DNA of 32,000 nt from Mycolicibacterium smegmatis (GCF_001457595.1 NZ_LN831039.1:3420001-3452000), one strand, 5' to 3'. Shown: positions 17,299-26,046, numbered from the stretch's first letter. The notes: a model not told the origin generated them from the letters alone. A program made the numbers and translations.

Positions 17299-18519
17299 AT
17301 GTCTCTCACGGAATCACGTTCGGGCCGGGTCTGGGCATTCGACGAATTCACCTTGGACACCGAAGGTTACGAGTTGCGTCAAGGTGACGTCGCCATACGC
17401 GTGGAACCGCAGGTGTTCGATGTTCTCGTCAAGCTCGTCGAGAATCATCATCGGTGCGTCACCAAGGAAGAACTCTTCGACTCGGTGTGGGGTGGACGCT
17501 TCGTGGGTGAAGCGGCGCTGTCCAGCCGCATCATGGCGGCCCGCAAGGCGCTCGGTGACGATGGGGAGTCCCAGCGCTACATCCGCACCGTGCGCGGACG
17601 CGGATATCAGTTCGTCGGAACACTGTCGGACACCGCGCCGCGCGATGAAGAGCCACTCGAGATCGAGGTGCCGCCGCTGCGCCAGCACATCCGGTTCTGT
17701 TACGCCGCAGACGGCGTCCGGCTGGCCTATGCCGCGACCGGTGACGGCCCGCCGCTGGTGCGGGCGGCGAACTGGATGACCCATCTCGGCTACGACATCG
17801 AGAGTCCGGTGTGGCAACACTGGGTCAGGGATCTGTCCGCACACCATCGCCTCATCCGCTACGACGAACGGGGATGCGGGCTGTCCGACTGGTCCGCACG
17901 GGATTTCACATTCCAGGACTGGGTCGAGGACCTCGCGTCGGTGGTCGACGCCCTCGAACTCGAGCGCTTCCCGCTGCTGGGCGTTTCGCAAGGCGGAGCC
18001 GTAGCGGTCGCGTATGCCGCCAAGCATCCCGATCGGGTGTCCAAACTGGTGTTGTGCGGCGCATACGCGCGTGGTCGCGCGGTCCGCGCGGTGGGCGAAG
18101 AGGAACTCCGCGCCGCCGATCTCGATCGTGAGCTGGCCCGCGTCGGATGGGGCCGAGACGACCCCGCGTTCCGCCAGGTGTTCGCCGCGCAGTTCCTCCC
18201 CGAGGGCAGCCGCGCCGACTGGGACGCTTTCGACCAGTTGCAACGGCGAACGACCGACGCGCAGAACGCGGTGCGCTTCCTGGATCAGTTCGCACAGATC
18301 GACGTCCTGGACACCGCAGGCCAGGTGGAGTGTCCGACGCTCGTCATGCATGCTCAGGACGATCTGCGTGTGCCGATGCGGTTCGGCGAGGAGTTGGCCA
18401 TGCTCATCCCGCAGTCGCGGTTCGTCGCGCTTCCGAGCAACAACCATCTGCTGACCGGGACCGAGCCCGCGTGGGCGATCTTCTGCCACGAGCTCGAGGC
18501 GTTCCTGGCCGAGCCCTGA
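17299..18519 (+). CDS. Fusion protein: OmpR/PhoB-type winged-helix DNA-binding domain plus alpha/beta hydrolase domain
   Basis: 406 aa. N-terminus is FTLDTEGYELRQGDVAIRVEPQVFDVLVKLVENHHRCVTKEELFDSVWGG...YIRTVRGRGYQF. C-terminus has the G-V-S-Q-G nucleophile elbow (Ser codon 17986-17988), HAQDD and NNHLL (acid and His). Confidence 0.8.
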   Translation: MSLTESRSGRVWAFDEFTLDTEGYELRQGDVAIRVEPQVFDVLVKLVENHHRCVTKEELFDSVWGGRFVGEAALSSRIMAARKALGDDGESQRYIRTVRGRGYQFVGTLSDTAPRDEEPLEIEVPPLRQHIRFCYAADGVRLAYAATGDGPPLVRAANWMTHLGYDIESPVWQHWVRDLSAHHRLIRYDERGCGLSDWSARDFTFQDWVEDLASVVDALELERFPLLGVSQGGAVAVAYAAKHPDRVSKLVLCGAYARGRAVRAVGEEELRAADLDRELARVGWGRDDPAFRQVFAAQFLPEGSRADWDAFDQLQRRTTDAQNAVRFLDQFAQIDVLDTAGQVECPTLVMHAQDDLRVPMRFGEELAMLIPQSRFVALPSNNHLLTGTEPAWAIFCHELEAFLAEP

Positions 18520-18738
18520 TGAGTCGGCCGTCCTCCGCCGATCTCTGCCGCATCGTGGCCTTCACTCCTGTGGGCGGGTACGCGGCCCGCGGCCGATGAC
18601 CGGTCGTCTCGACGATGACCGGCGTGCATGGCGCTCCCGGCGGTGAGCGACGACTGGCTTGTCGCACTGGCGACTGGCGGATTCGGACATCAGTCCTCAC
18701 TCGTGACGATGGGTCTCACCAACTCGGAACAGGAGGAC

Positions 18739-19218
18739 ATGATGACCACAGCGACAACCCCGCTGGTCCCACCGTTCACATCGGCCACGGCGATCGCGAA
18801 GGTGCGCGCCGCCGAGAATCTCTGGAACACCCGCGAACCCGAACGGGTGGCGAGGGGCTACAGCACCGACAGTGTGTGGCGGAACCGCTCGGCGTTCATC
18901 CACGGTCGACCCGCGATCGTCGAATTCCTCAAGGCGAAATGGGCCACCGAACTCGACTACCGGCTCATCAAGGAAGTCTGGGCCTACGGCGACGACCGCA
19001 TCGCAGTTCGGTTCGCCTACGAGTACCACGACGCCGCCGGGCAGTGGTTCCGCGCGTACGGCAACGAGAACTGGGAGTTCGATCCCGACGGGTTGATGCG
19101 TCACCGCCACGCGAGCATCAACGACCTGGCCATCGCCGAGAGCGACCGCCTTTTTCACTGGGACAGCTCGGGCCCGCGGCCCGACCGCCATCCCGGGCTC
19201 AGCGAACTGGGCCTGTGA
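18739..19218 (+). CDS. DUF1348-family (NTF2-like fold) protein
   Basis: 159 aa. [24 protein letters not shown]...WRNRSAF...[25 protein letters not shown]...YGNENWEFD matches my recollection of the DUF1348 consensus. AGGAGG 5 nt before the ATG. Confidence 0.75.
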   Translation: MMTTATTPLVPPFTSATAIAKVRAAENLWNTREPERVARGYSTDSVWRNRSAFIHGRPAIVEFLKAKWATELDYRLIKEVWAYGDDRIAVRFAYEYHDAAGQWFRAYGNENWEFDPDGLMRHRHASINDLAIAESDRLFHWDSSGPRPDRHPGLSELGL

Positions 19219-20195
19219 TGGAGACCATGAGGGCCGTCGGTGTGGCCGAGTACGGCGGACCGGAGGTCCTCAAGCTGGTCGAGGTGCCACGACCGATCAC
19301 CGGTCCGGGCCAGATCCGGATCCGGGTGTACGCGGCGACGGTGAACCCGGGCGACACGGTGTTGCGCACCGGGCACCTCGACGACGTGCTGCGCTCCGGA
19401 CCGCTCACGCCGCCCTACATACCGGGAATGGAAGCGGCCGGAGTGGTCGACGAGATCGGACACGAGGTCCAGACCGATCTTCGCCCCGGTGACCGCGTGA
19501 TGACGATGGTGATGCCGATCGACCCCACCGGAGGTGCATACGCCGAATACCTCGTCGTCGCTCCCGATCAGGTCACCCGGGCGCCGGCCGGTAGCACGCA
19601 CGCCGAAGCGGCCACACTTCCCATGAACGGTCTCACCGCGCGGCTTGCCCTCGATGTGCTCGATCTCGCACCGGGGGAGACCGTGGCCGTCACGGGCGCA
19701 GCCGGTGCCGTCGGCGGCTATGCGATCCAGTTGGCCAAGGTCGACGGACTGCGGGTGATCGCCGACGCCGCCCCGGCGGATTCCTCACTGGTGGCCTATT
19801 TCGGAGCCGATCAGATCGTCGCGCGCGGGACCGGGGTTGGCGGACGCATCAGGCAGTGGTGGCCTGCGGGCGTCGCCGCGGTTGTCGACGCGGCGCTGCA
19901 GGGCGGCGAGGTCGTCCCGGCCCTGCGGGACGGTGGTCAGATCGCGGCCGTGCGCGGATGGGAACTGCACGGCGCCGGCAACCTCGGACAGGACCGCGGC
20001 ATCGAGATCCGCGAGGTCTTCGTGCCCGAGTACACCCACCGGCGCGACAAACTCGACGGCCTCCGCGTCCTCGCCGAGGACGGAAAGCTCGCGCTGCGCG
20101 TGGCCCGTACCTATCCGGCCGAACAGGCCGCCGCGGCGCACCGGGCCCTTGAAGCCGGCGGCATCCGCGGCCGCCTCGTACTGACTCTCGACTGA
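19218..20195 (+). CDS. MDR-superfamily NADPH-dependent oxidoreductase (quinone-oxidoreductase-like)
   Basis: 325 aa. MRAVGVAEYGGPEVLKLVEVPRP..., Rossmann VTGAAGAVGGYAIQLAK. The ATG overlaps the DUF1348 stop (TGATG). The upstream 201 codons in the ORF track are rejected. Confidence 0.85.
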   Translation: METMRAVGVAEYGGPEVLKLVEVPRPITGPGQIRIRVYAATVNPGDTVLRTGHLDDVLRSGPLTPPYIPGMEAAGVVDEIGHEVQTDLRPGDRVMTMVMPIDPTGGAYAEYLVVAPDQVTRAPAGSTHAEAATLPMNGLTARLALDVLDLAPGETVAVTGAAGAVGGYAIQLAKVDGLRVIADAAPADSSLVAYFGADQIVARGTGVGGRIRQWWPAGVAAVVDAALQGGEVVPALRDGGQIAAVRGWELHGAGNLGQDRGIEIREVFVPEYTHRRDKLDGLRVLAEDGKLALRVARTYPAEQAAAAHRALEAGGIRGRLVLTLD

Positions 20196-20209
20196 CAGGA
20201 GAACCCGAC

Positions 20210-21295
20210 ATGACACCGATCGGAGTGGGCGTCATCGGCGCCAGTCCCAACGGCGGGTGGGCGGCACTGGCACATGTACCAGCCCTTCGGGCGCTGCCCG
20301 AGTACGATCTTCGCGCAGTGGCCACCAGCAGGCCCGAGTCGGCCGAGCGCGCGAAAGCGGCATGGGGAATCGACGCCTACCATGACCCGCGCCGCCTCAT
20401 CGAGCGTCGCGACATCGATCTGGTCGTGGTCGCGGTGAAGGTACCCGACCACTACGGGCTGATCACCGACGCGCTTACCGCAGGCAAGGCCGTCTTCAGC
20501 GAGTGGCCGCTGGGCGTGGCGCTCGAGCAGGCGCAGATCCTGCATGCCGAGGCCGTTGTCGCGGGAGTCCCCACGGTCGTCGGGCTCCAGGCGCGGTTTG
20601 CACCGGCCATCCGGCGCATGCGTGAACTCGTCGACGCTGGATACGTCGGAAAAGTGTTGTCCACCAACATCGTCGGTTCGGGAATGGCTTGGGCACCCGG
20701 GGCGCCCGCGGCGCAGGCCTATGCATTCGACGCGCGCAACGGGGTGACCACGTTGACCGTGTCCACGGCGCACGCCCTCGACGCGCTGAGCTACGTGCTC
20801 GGCGACATCTCGTCGGTCACGTCGACCCTGGGCGTCGGCAACGACACCATCACGCTCGACGACGGGAGCACGACGACTGTGACCTCGCCGGACCAGGTAG
20901 CGGTCACGGCACAACTGGAAAGCGGCGCCGTCGCTTCGGTGTTCTATCGGGGCGGCCTGTCCCGAGCCGGAAACCTGCGCTGGGAGATCAACGGCACCCA
21001 CGGCGACCTGCTCCTGACCTGTCCGGCGCCCAACGGCAACATCCAGGCCACCGAACTGGTACTGGCCGGTGCGAATGGCAGCGCCACCCACCTCGAGCCG
21101 ATCCACACGCACGACGCCCACCCGGAAACCGGGTTGAGCGGCCCGGCGAACACCGTCGCCAACCTGTACCGGGCGTTCGCGCACGATCAGTTGCTCGGCA
21201 CCGCCGCCGCGCCGACGTTCGGCGATGCCGTCGCCCTGCACAGGCTGATCGCCGGTATCGAACACGTGAACACAGAATCACACAGGAAGTACTGA
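20210..21295 (+). CDS. Gfo/Idh/MocA-family oxidoreductase
   Basis: 361 aa. N-terminal Rossmann IGVGVIGASPNGGWAALAHVPAL..., then EWPL. AGGAGA Shine-Dalgarno sequence. Confidence 0.85.
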   Translation: MTPIGVGVIGASPNGGWAALAHVPALRALPEYDLRAVATSRPESAERAKAAWGIDAYHDPRRLIERRDIDLVVVAVKVPDHYGLITDALTAGKAVFSEWPLGVALEQAQILHAEAVVAGVPTVVGLQARFAPAIRRMRELVDAGYVGKVLSTNIVGSGMAWAPGAPAAQAYAFDARNGVTTLTVSTAHALDALSYVLGDISSVTSTLGVGNDTITLDDGSTTTVTSPDQVAVTAQLESGAVASVFYRGGLSRAGNLRWEINGTHGDLLLTCPAPNGNIQATELVLAGANGSATHLEPIHTHDAHPETGLSGPANTVANLYRAFAHDQLLGTAAAPTFGDAVALHRLIAGIEHVNTESHRKY

Positions 21296-21301
21296 CAATC
21301 A

Positions 21302-22162
21302 ATGAGATTCGCATTCAAGACCTCGCCGCAGAACACCACATGGCAGGACATGCTCGCGGTGTGGCAGACTGCCGACGACATCGAGGTGTTCGAGTCCGGC
21401 TGGACTTTCGACCACTTCTATCCGATCGTCGGGGACTCCTCGGGCCCATGTCTGGAGGGCTGGACCACGCTCACCGCGCTCGCGCAGGCCACGTCGCGGC
21501 TGCGGCTGGGCACACTGGTCACCGGTGTGCACTATCGGCATCCGGCCGTGCTCGCGAACATGGCTGCGGCACTGGACATCATCTCGAACGGCCGCCTCGA
21601 GCTCGGTATCGGCGCCGGCTGGAACGAAGAGGAGTCCGGGGCGTACGGAATCGAGCTCGGCAGCGTCAAGGAGCGTCTCGACCGATTCGAGGAAGCCACC
21701 CAGGTGCTCATCGGTCTGCTCAGTCAGGACAGCACCGATTTCGACGGCGCGTTCTACACCTTGAAGAACGCCCGCAACGAACCCAAAGGGCCGCAACGCC
21801 CGCACCCGCCCATCGTGATGGGTGGCAGCGGCGAGAAGCGCACGCTCCGGATCACCGCCAAATACGCCGATCACTGGAACTTCGTTCTCGGCACCCCGGA
21901 AGAGTTCGCGCACAAGCGCGATGTCCTGTGGTCGCACTGCGCGGACATCGGCCGAGACCCCGACGAGATCACGCTGTCGGCGCACGTGTGGCACAACGCC
22001 GAACACGACCACCAGAAACTGCTCACCGAGGTGGCCGCCTTCGGCGAGGTCGGCCTCAATCTGGCGATCATCAATCTGCCGCCGCCCCTGACGCCGGCGA
22101 CCCTCGAACCCCTTGCGGCCGCGATCACCGCATCCGGACTGTTGACAACGACGAAAGAGTAG
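21302..22162 (+). CDS. Luciferase-like monooxygenase (LLM) class, probably F420-dependent oxidoreductase
   Basis: 286 aa. MRFAFKTSPQNTTWQDMLAVWQ...FDHFYPI...GIGAGWNEEE is typical of actinobacterial LLM/F420 enzymes. It lies 6 nt after the previous stop. Confidence 0.8.
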   Translation: MRFAFKTSPQNTTWQDMLAVWQTADDIEVFESGWTFDHFYPIVGDSSGPCLEGWTTLTALAQATSRLRLGTLVTGVHYRHPAVLANMAAALDIISNGRLELGIGAGWNEEESGAYGIELGSVKERLDRFEEATQVLIGLLSQDSTDFDGAFYTLKNARNEPKGPQRPHPPIVMGGSGEKRTLRITAKYADHWNFVLGTPEEFAHKRDVLWSHCADIGRDPDEITLSAHVWHNAEHDHQKLLTEVAAFGEVGLNLAIINLPPPLTPATLEPLAAAITASGLLTTTKE

Positions 22163-22165
22163 ACC

Positions 22166-23050
22166 ATGGCACACGAAACACGAACTTGGTTCATCACGGG
22201 GTCATCCCGCGGATTCGGGCGGGCCTTGGTCAAGGCGGCTCTCGACGCGGGCGACAACGTCGCCGCCACAGCCCGCAAACCCGGGCAACTCGCCGATTTC
22301 GCCGAAACATACGGCGACCGTGTCCTTGCGCTGCCGCTCGACGTCACCGACCCGTCGGCGGCACGCACGGCAGTCGCCACGGCGCGGGAGGCGTTCGGGC
22401 GCATCGACATTGTGGTGAACAACGCCGGCTACGCCAATGTGGCGCCCATCGAGACCGGCGACGACGAGGACTTCCGGACCCAGTTCGAGACCAACTTCTG
22501 GGGCGTCTACAACGTGTCCAAGGCGGCCCTTCCGGTACTGCGGGAACAACGCGGCGGTCTGATCATCCAGTTCTCCTCGATGGGCGGCCGCGTCGGCGGC
22601 TCACCCGGAATCGGGTCCTACCAGGCGGCCAAGTTCGCCATCGACGGGTTCTCGCGGGTGTTGCTCGCAGAAACCGCGCCCTTCGGCGTGAAGGTGCTGG
22701 TCGTGGAACCCAGTGGCTTCGCCACCGATTGGGCGGGGGCGTCGATGGAAGTACACGACATCCCTGCCGACTACGCCGACACCGTCGGAGGGATGTCCGC
22801 GATCCGTCAGAGCGATTCGGTCACCGCGGGTGACCCGGTACGGGCGGCCGAGATCCTGGTGCAGATGAGTCGCCGTGACGACATTCCCTACCATCTGCCC
22901 ATTGGTGTCCACTCGGTGGAAGGATGCCTGCAGCAGGACGAGTTCCTGCTCGGCGAGGACCGCAAGTGGGCCGCCGTGGGGCGCTCGGCTGACTACAGCG
23001 AAGCGTATCCCGTTGCCTTCCCGCCCGATACCGTGAGCTCATCGGCCTGA
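22166..23050 (+). CDS. Short-chain dehydrogenase/reductase (SDR)
   Basis: 294 aa. TGSSRGFG cofactor motif, NNAG, and catalytic YQAAK. It lies 3 nt after the previous stop. Confidence 0.9.
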   Translation: MAHETRTWFITGSSRGFGRALVKAALDAGDNVAATARKPGQLADFAETYGDRVLALPLDVTDPSAARTAVATAREAFGRIDIVVNNAGYANVAPIETGDDEDFRTQFETNFWGVYNVSKAALPVLREQRGGLIIQFSSMGGRVGGSPGIGSYQAAKFAIDGFSRVLLAETAPFGVKVLVVEPSGFATDWAGASMEVHDIPADYADTVGGMSAIRQSDSVTAGDPVRAAEILVQMSRRDDIPYHLPIGVHSVEGCLQQDEFLLGEDRKWAAVGRSADYSEAYPVAFPPDTVSSSA

Positions 23051-23097
23051 GCGTTCAGTGCGAACCCCGTATCCGGCAACCTCTTTCATCGTTTCTG

Positions 23098-23111
23098 CAT
23101 AATCGAAGAGA
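23098..23111 (+). promoter_or_regulatory. Candidate -10 (CATAAT) placed 7 nt before the ATG, suggesting a possible leaderless transcript
   Basis: CATAAT at 23098-23103, then cgaagag, then ATG 23111. There is no well-spaced Shine-Dalgarno sequence. Leaderless mRNAs with this geometry are common in mycobacteria. Confidence 0.3.
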
Positions 23112-24589
23112 TGAGACCGGGGGAACTCGTACTGTGCGCCGCGCTCGCCGCGGGACTGCTTGCGCTCGTGTTACCGGTGCCACGCCGGCTGCGACTGATT
23201 GCCACGCTGCCGGTGCCGGTCGCCGTCGCCCAGCTGATCTTCGAGGGTTACCGCTGGCAGCTGACTCCCGCTTATGTCCTCGCCGCGGCCGTCGGCGCGT
23301 GGGAGGTCGTGTCCATCGGGAGAGGCGGTCGGAGTTCCCCGCGCGGACGGTGGCTGACAGTCGTCACGACCCTGGCAGCAGGCGTGGCGTTCGCCGTCTC
23401 GGTGGCAATTCCGGTGCTGGTGCCGGTCTTCCGGTTCCCGGATCCCGGCGGACCGTACGCGATAGGCACGGTCAGCTATCACTGGCGCGACCATGACCGG
23501 CGGGAGATCTTCGACGGAGATCCCGCGGCGCGGCGCGAACTCATGGCCCAGATCTGGTATCCCGCGGAGTCGAGCGTGGAAGCAGAGACAGCGCCGTATG
23601 TTTCGGATGTCGACGCGTTCGCGCCCGCGGCCGGCAAGCTTCTCGGTATCCCCGGGTTCGTCTTCAGCCACTTCGGCAAGGTGCGTACGCACGGCGTCGA
23701 GGCCGCGCCGGTCGCTTCGGATCGTCCACGGTATCCCGTGCTCGTATTCGCATCGGGGCTCAACGGATTCCGCCAGTCCAACATGTTCCAGGTCGAACAG
23801 TTGGTGTCCCGCGGGTTCGTCGTCGTCGGCATCGACCAGCCTCACATCTCGGCCGTGACGGCATTTCCCGACGGCCGCAGGATTCCCGGCTGGACCAAGG
23901 ACCGGTTGGTGCACGTCATCCAACAGAGCATCACGCCGAAGGAGCCCGCACCCGCCATCGGTGACACCGAGCTGCCACGCGGACTGTTCCCGTATCTCGC
24001 CGAAGACATCAGTTTCGTCCTGGATGAGCTTGAACGCCTCAATGATTCGGATCCGTCGGGCCGATTCACGGGCAGGCTCGACATCGACCGCGCAGGCGCA
24101 CTCGGTATCTCGCTGGGGGCGGTCACGGTCGGACAGGTCTGCCACGCCGATCCGCGCCTGAAGGCGTGCTTGATGATGGACGCCGCGATGCCTGCCGACG
24201 TCGTACGTGACGGCCTGGAACAACCGGCGATGTGGCTGACCCGCGACGCCGATTCCATCCTGCTCGAGCGCAACCGTAGCGGCGGCTGGCCGGACCACGA
24301 AATCCGCGAGACACTCGACACGCAGCGCGCGGCGTTCGGCAAGAGCAAACCTGGAAACGGCTTCTACATCGAGACCCCGGGGATGTTCCACCTGAACTAC
24401 ACCGACGCCCCGGCCTGGACGCCGCTGGCGCAGGCACTCGCTCTGTCCGGGCCCATCGGGGCGCAACGGGGTCACGAGATCCACGCGGCATACACCGTCG
24501 CGTTCTTCGAGCATGCCCTCGACGGCGGTCGACCTCCACTGCTCGACGGGCCACCGCCGTGGGACGAGGTCGCCATCGAGCGGCGCTGA
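23111..24589 (+). CDS. Membrane-anchored serine hydrolase, PAF-acetylhydrolase/lipase-like alpha/beta fold
   Basis: 492 aa. About three N-terminal hydrophobic helices (aa 1-110), then a catalytic domain with the G-I-S-L-G-A elbow. The family call (PAF-AH-like) is from memory of the YPVLVFSHGL.../GHSFGG-type layout. Confidence 0.65.
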   Translation: MRPGELVLCAALAAGLLALVLPVPRRLRLIATLPVPVAVAQLIFEGYRWQLTPAYVLAAAVGAWEVVSIGRGGRSSPRGRWLTVVTTLAAGVAFAVSVAIPVLVPVFRFPDPGGPYAIGTVSYHWRDHDRREIFDGDPAARRELMAQIWYPAESSVEAETAPYVSDVDAFAPAAGKLLGIPGFVFSHFGKVRTHGVEAAPVASDRPRYPVLVFASGLNGFRQSNMFQVEQLVSRGFVVVGIDQPHISAVTAFPDGRRIPGWTKDRLVHVIQQSITPKEPAPAIGDTELPRGLFPYLAEDISFVLDELERLNDSDPSGRFTGRLDIDRAGALGISLGAVTVGQVCHADPRLKACLMMDAAMPADVVRDGLEQPAMWLTRDADSILLERNRSGGWPDHEIRETLDTQRAAFGKSKPGNGFYIETPGMFHLNYTDAPAWTPLAQALALSGPIGAQRGHEIHAAYTVAFFEHALDGGRPPLLDGPPPWDEVAIERR

Positions 24590-24614
24590 CTCCCTCTGCT
24601 ACGGGGCGGCGGGT

Positions 24615-24637
24615 GTAGCCCGGCTGGGGCCGGGTAC
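24615..24637 (+). terminator. GC-rich hairpin downstream of the lipase-like gene
   Basis: CCCGGC-TGGG-GCCGGG stem-loop, extended by GTA/TAC across a 1-nt bulge. No U-tract (I-shaped, as is common in mycobacteria). It lies only about 10 nt before the next start, so its role is uncertain. Confidence 0.3.
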
Positions 24638-24645
24638 CCGCAGGT

Positions 24646-26016
24646 GTGCCTGAAACACATGAGTTGACAATTCACGATCCACGCACAGGCGAGTTGGTCG
24701 GCCGCACTCCGATTGCCACCGCCTCGGAGTGCGATGCCGCGATCGCACGTGCCCGCGGTGCCGCGGCCGGTTGGGCCCGCACGCCCGCGGGTGAGCGCGC
24801 GGCCGTGCTCACCTCGGCCGCAGCCGATGTCCGCGCCGCGGCCGACGAACTCGCCGAGCTCAACGAACGCGAGACCGGAAAGCTCAGAGCCGACGCCAGC
24901 GGCGGTGTCGACGCCGCCGTCTCGACGCTCGTCCAGTATGCCGAGCTCGGCCCCCTGCACCGGGGCCGCAGCCTGCACGGCAACTGGTCGGCCACCGATT
25001 TGATGGTGCCCGGGCCACGCGGCGTCGTCGCAGTGCTCACGCCGTGGAACGATCCCGTCGCCGTGGCCGCCGGGCTGCTGGGCGCCGCGCTGGTCACGGG
25101 CAACACCGTCGTGCACAAACCGAGCGAACGGTGCCCCGCCACCGGTCGCCGGTTCGCCGAGTTGCTGGCGCAGCACCTGCCCAAGGGCGTACTCGAGATC
25201 CTCGACGGTGACGCCACGATCGGTGCGCAACTCGCGGCGGCCGGGGACGTCGACGTCGTCGCCCACGTCGGCAGCAGCGTGACAGGGCGAGCGATCACCC
25301 GCGCCTGCGCCGAACGCGGCGCCAAGGCGCTGCTGGAGAACGGCGGCAACGATGCGCTCGTCGTCGATGCGGGGATCGACCCGGGGTGGGCTGCGGCGCA
25401 GGCCGCGCTCGGTTCGTTCGCCAACGCCGGTCAGATCTGCGTATCGGTCGAGCGAATCTTCGTGGTCGGAGCCGTGGAGGCCATGGTCGAGGCGTTCATC
25501 CGTGCCCTGGTCGACGAGGCCGAGAGCTGGGCAGAGCGGATCGGCCCGTTGGTCGATGAGCGCCAGCGCGAACAGGTCCACCGCCACGTCACCGACGCCG
25601 TCAAGCGTGGCGCCACCGTGGCCGCCGGGGGAGAGGCACCGTCTGGTCCCGGCACCTTCTACCCGCCGACGGTGCTGACCGACTGCACGAAAGACATGCT
25701 GGTGTTCCAGGAAGAGACATTCGGCCCCGTCGCTGCGGTCCGTGTCGTTCCGGACTTCGACGCCGCGATCACGGAGGCCGCCGATGACAGGTACGGCCTC
25801 GCGGCCAGTGTGCTGACACCGGATATGGGCCATGCGCAACAGGCGTGGCGGGATCTACCTGTCGGCACTGTGAAGATCAACGACGTCTTCGGCGGTGCAC
25901 CAGGTGGCGCGTCACAGCCCCGCAAGGCGAGCGGCAGCGGATTCGGTTTCGGCCCTGAACTTCTCGACGAGATGACCACGATGAAGGTCGTGCACTGGTC
26001 ACCTCCGCCGACCTGA
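24646..26016 (+). CDS. NAD(P)-dependent aldehyde dehydrogenase family protein
   Basis: 456 aa. LENGGND (catalytic Glu region), FANAGQICVSVERIFV (catalytic Cys), EETFGPV. GTG start. Confidence 0.9.
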   Translation: MPETHELTIHDPRTGELVGRTPIATASECDAAIARARGAAAGWARTPAGERAAVLTSAAADVRAAADELAELNERETGKLRADASGGVDAAVSTLVQYAELGPLHRGRSLHGNWSATDLMVPGPRGVVAVLTPWNDPVAVAAGLLGAALVTGNTVVHKPSERCPATGRRFAELLAQHLPKGVLEILDGDATIGAQLAAAGDVDVVAHVGSSVTGRAITRACAERGAKALLENGGNDALVVDAGIDPGWAAAQAALGSFANAGQICVSVERIFVVGAVEAMVEAFIRALVDEAESWAERIGPLVDERQREQVHRHVTDAVKRGATVAAGGEAPSGPGTFYPPTVLTDCTKDMLVFQEETFGPVAAVRVVPDFDAAITEAADDRYGLAASVLTPDMGHAQQAWRDLPVGTVKINDVFGGAPGGASQPRKASGSGFGFGPELLDEMTTMKVVHWSPPPT

Positions 26017-26046
26017 TTTCTGCCGAAACTGCTTTGACAGGGCCCA

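Noticed and set aside
18615-19217. 201-codon N-terminal extension of the MDR oxidoreductase ORF.
   Set aside because: It overlaps the DUF1348 gene, which has a strong AGGAGG Shine-Dalgarno sequence and a conserved-looking sequence in another frame. The MDR family N-terminus begins at ATG 19218.
20689-22833. 714-aa plus-strand ORF, together with similar long alternative-frame or antisense ORFs at 39-1316, 269-1600, 9688-11028, 20111-21265, 23171-24514, 24472-25839, 27746-28837 and 29447-30820.
   Set aside because: All overlap genes with strong family signatures in another frame or strand, and all have Arg/Pro/Gly-dominated translations. There is no independent support.
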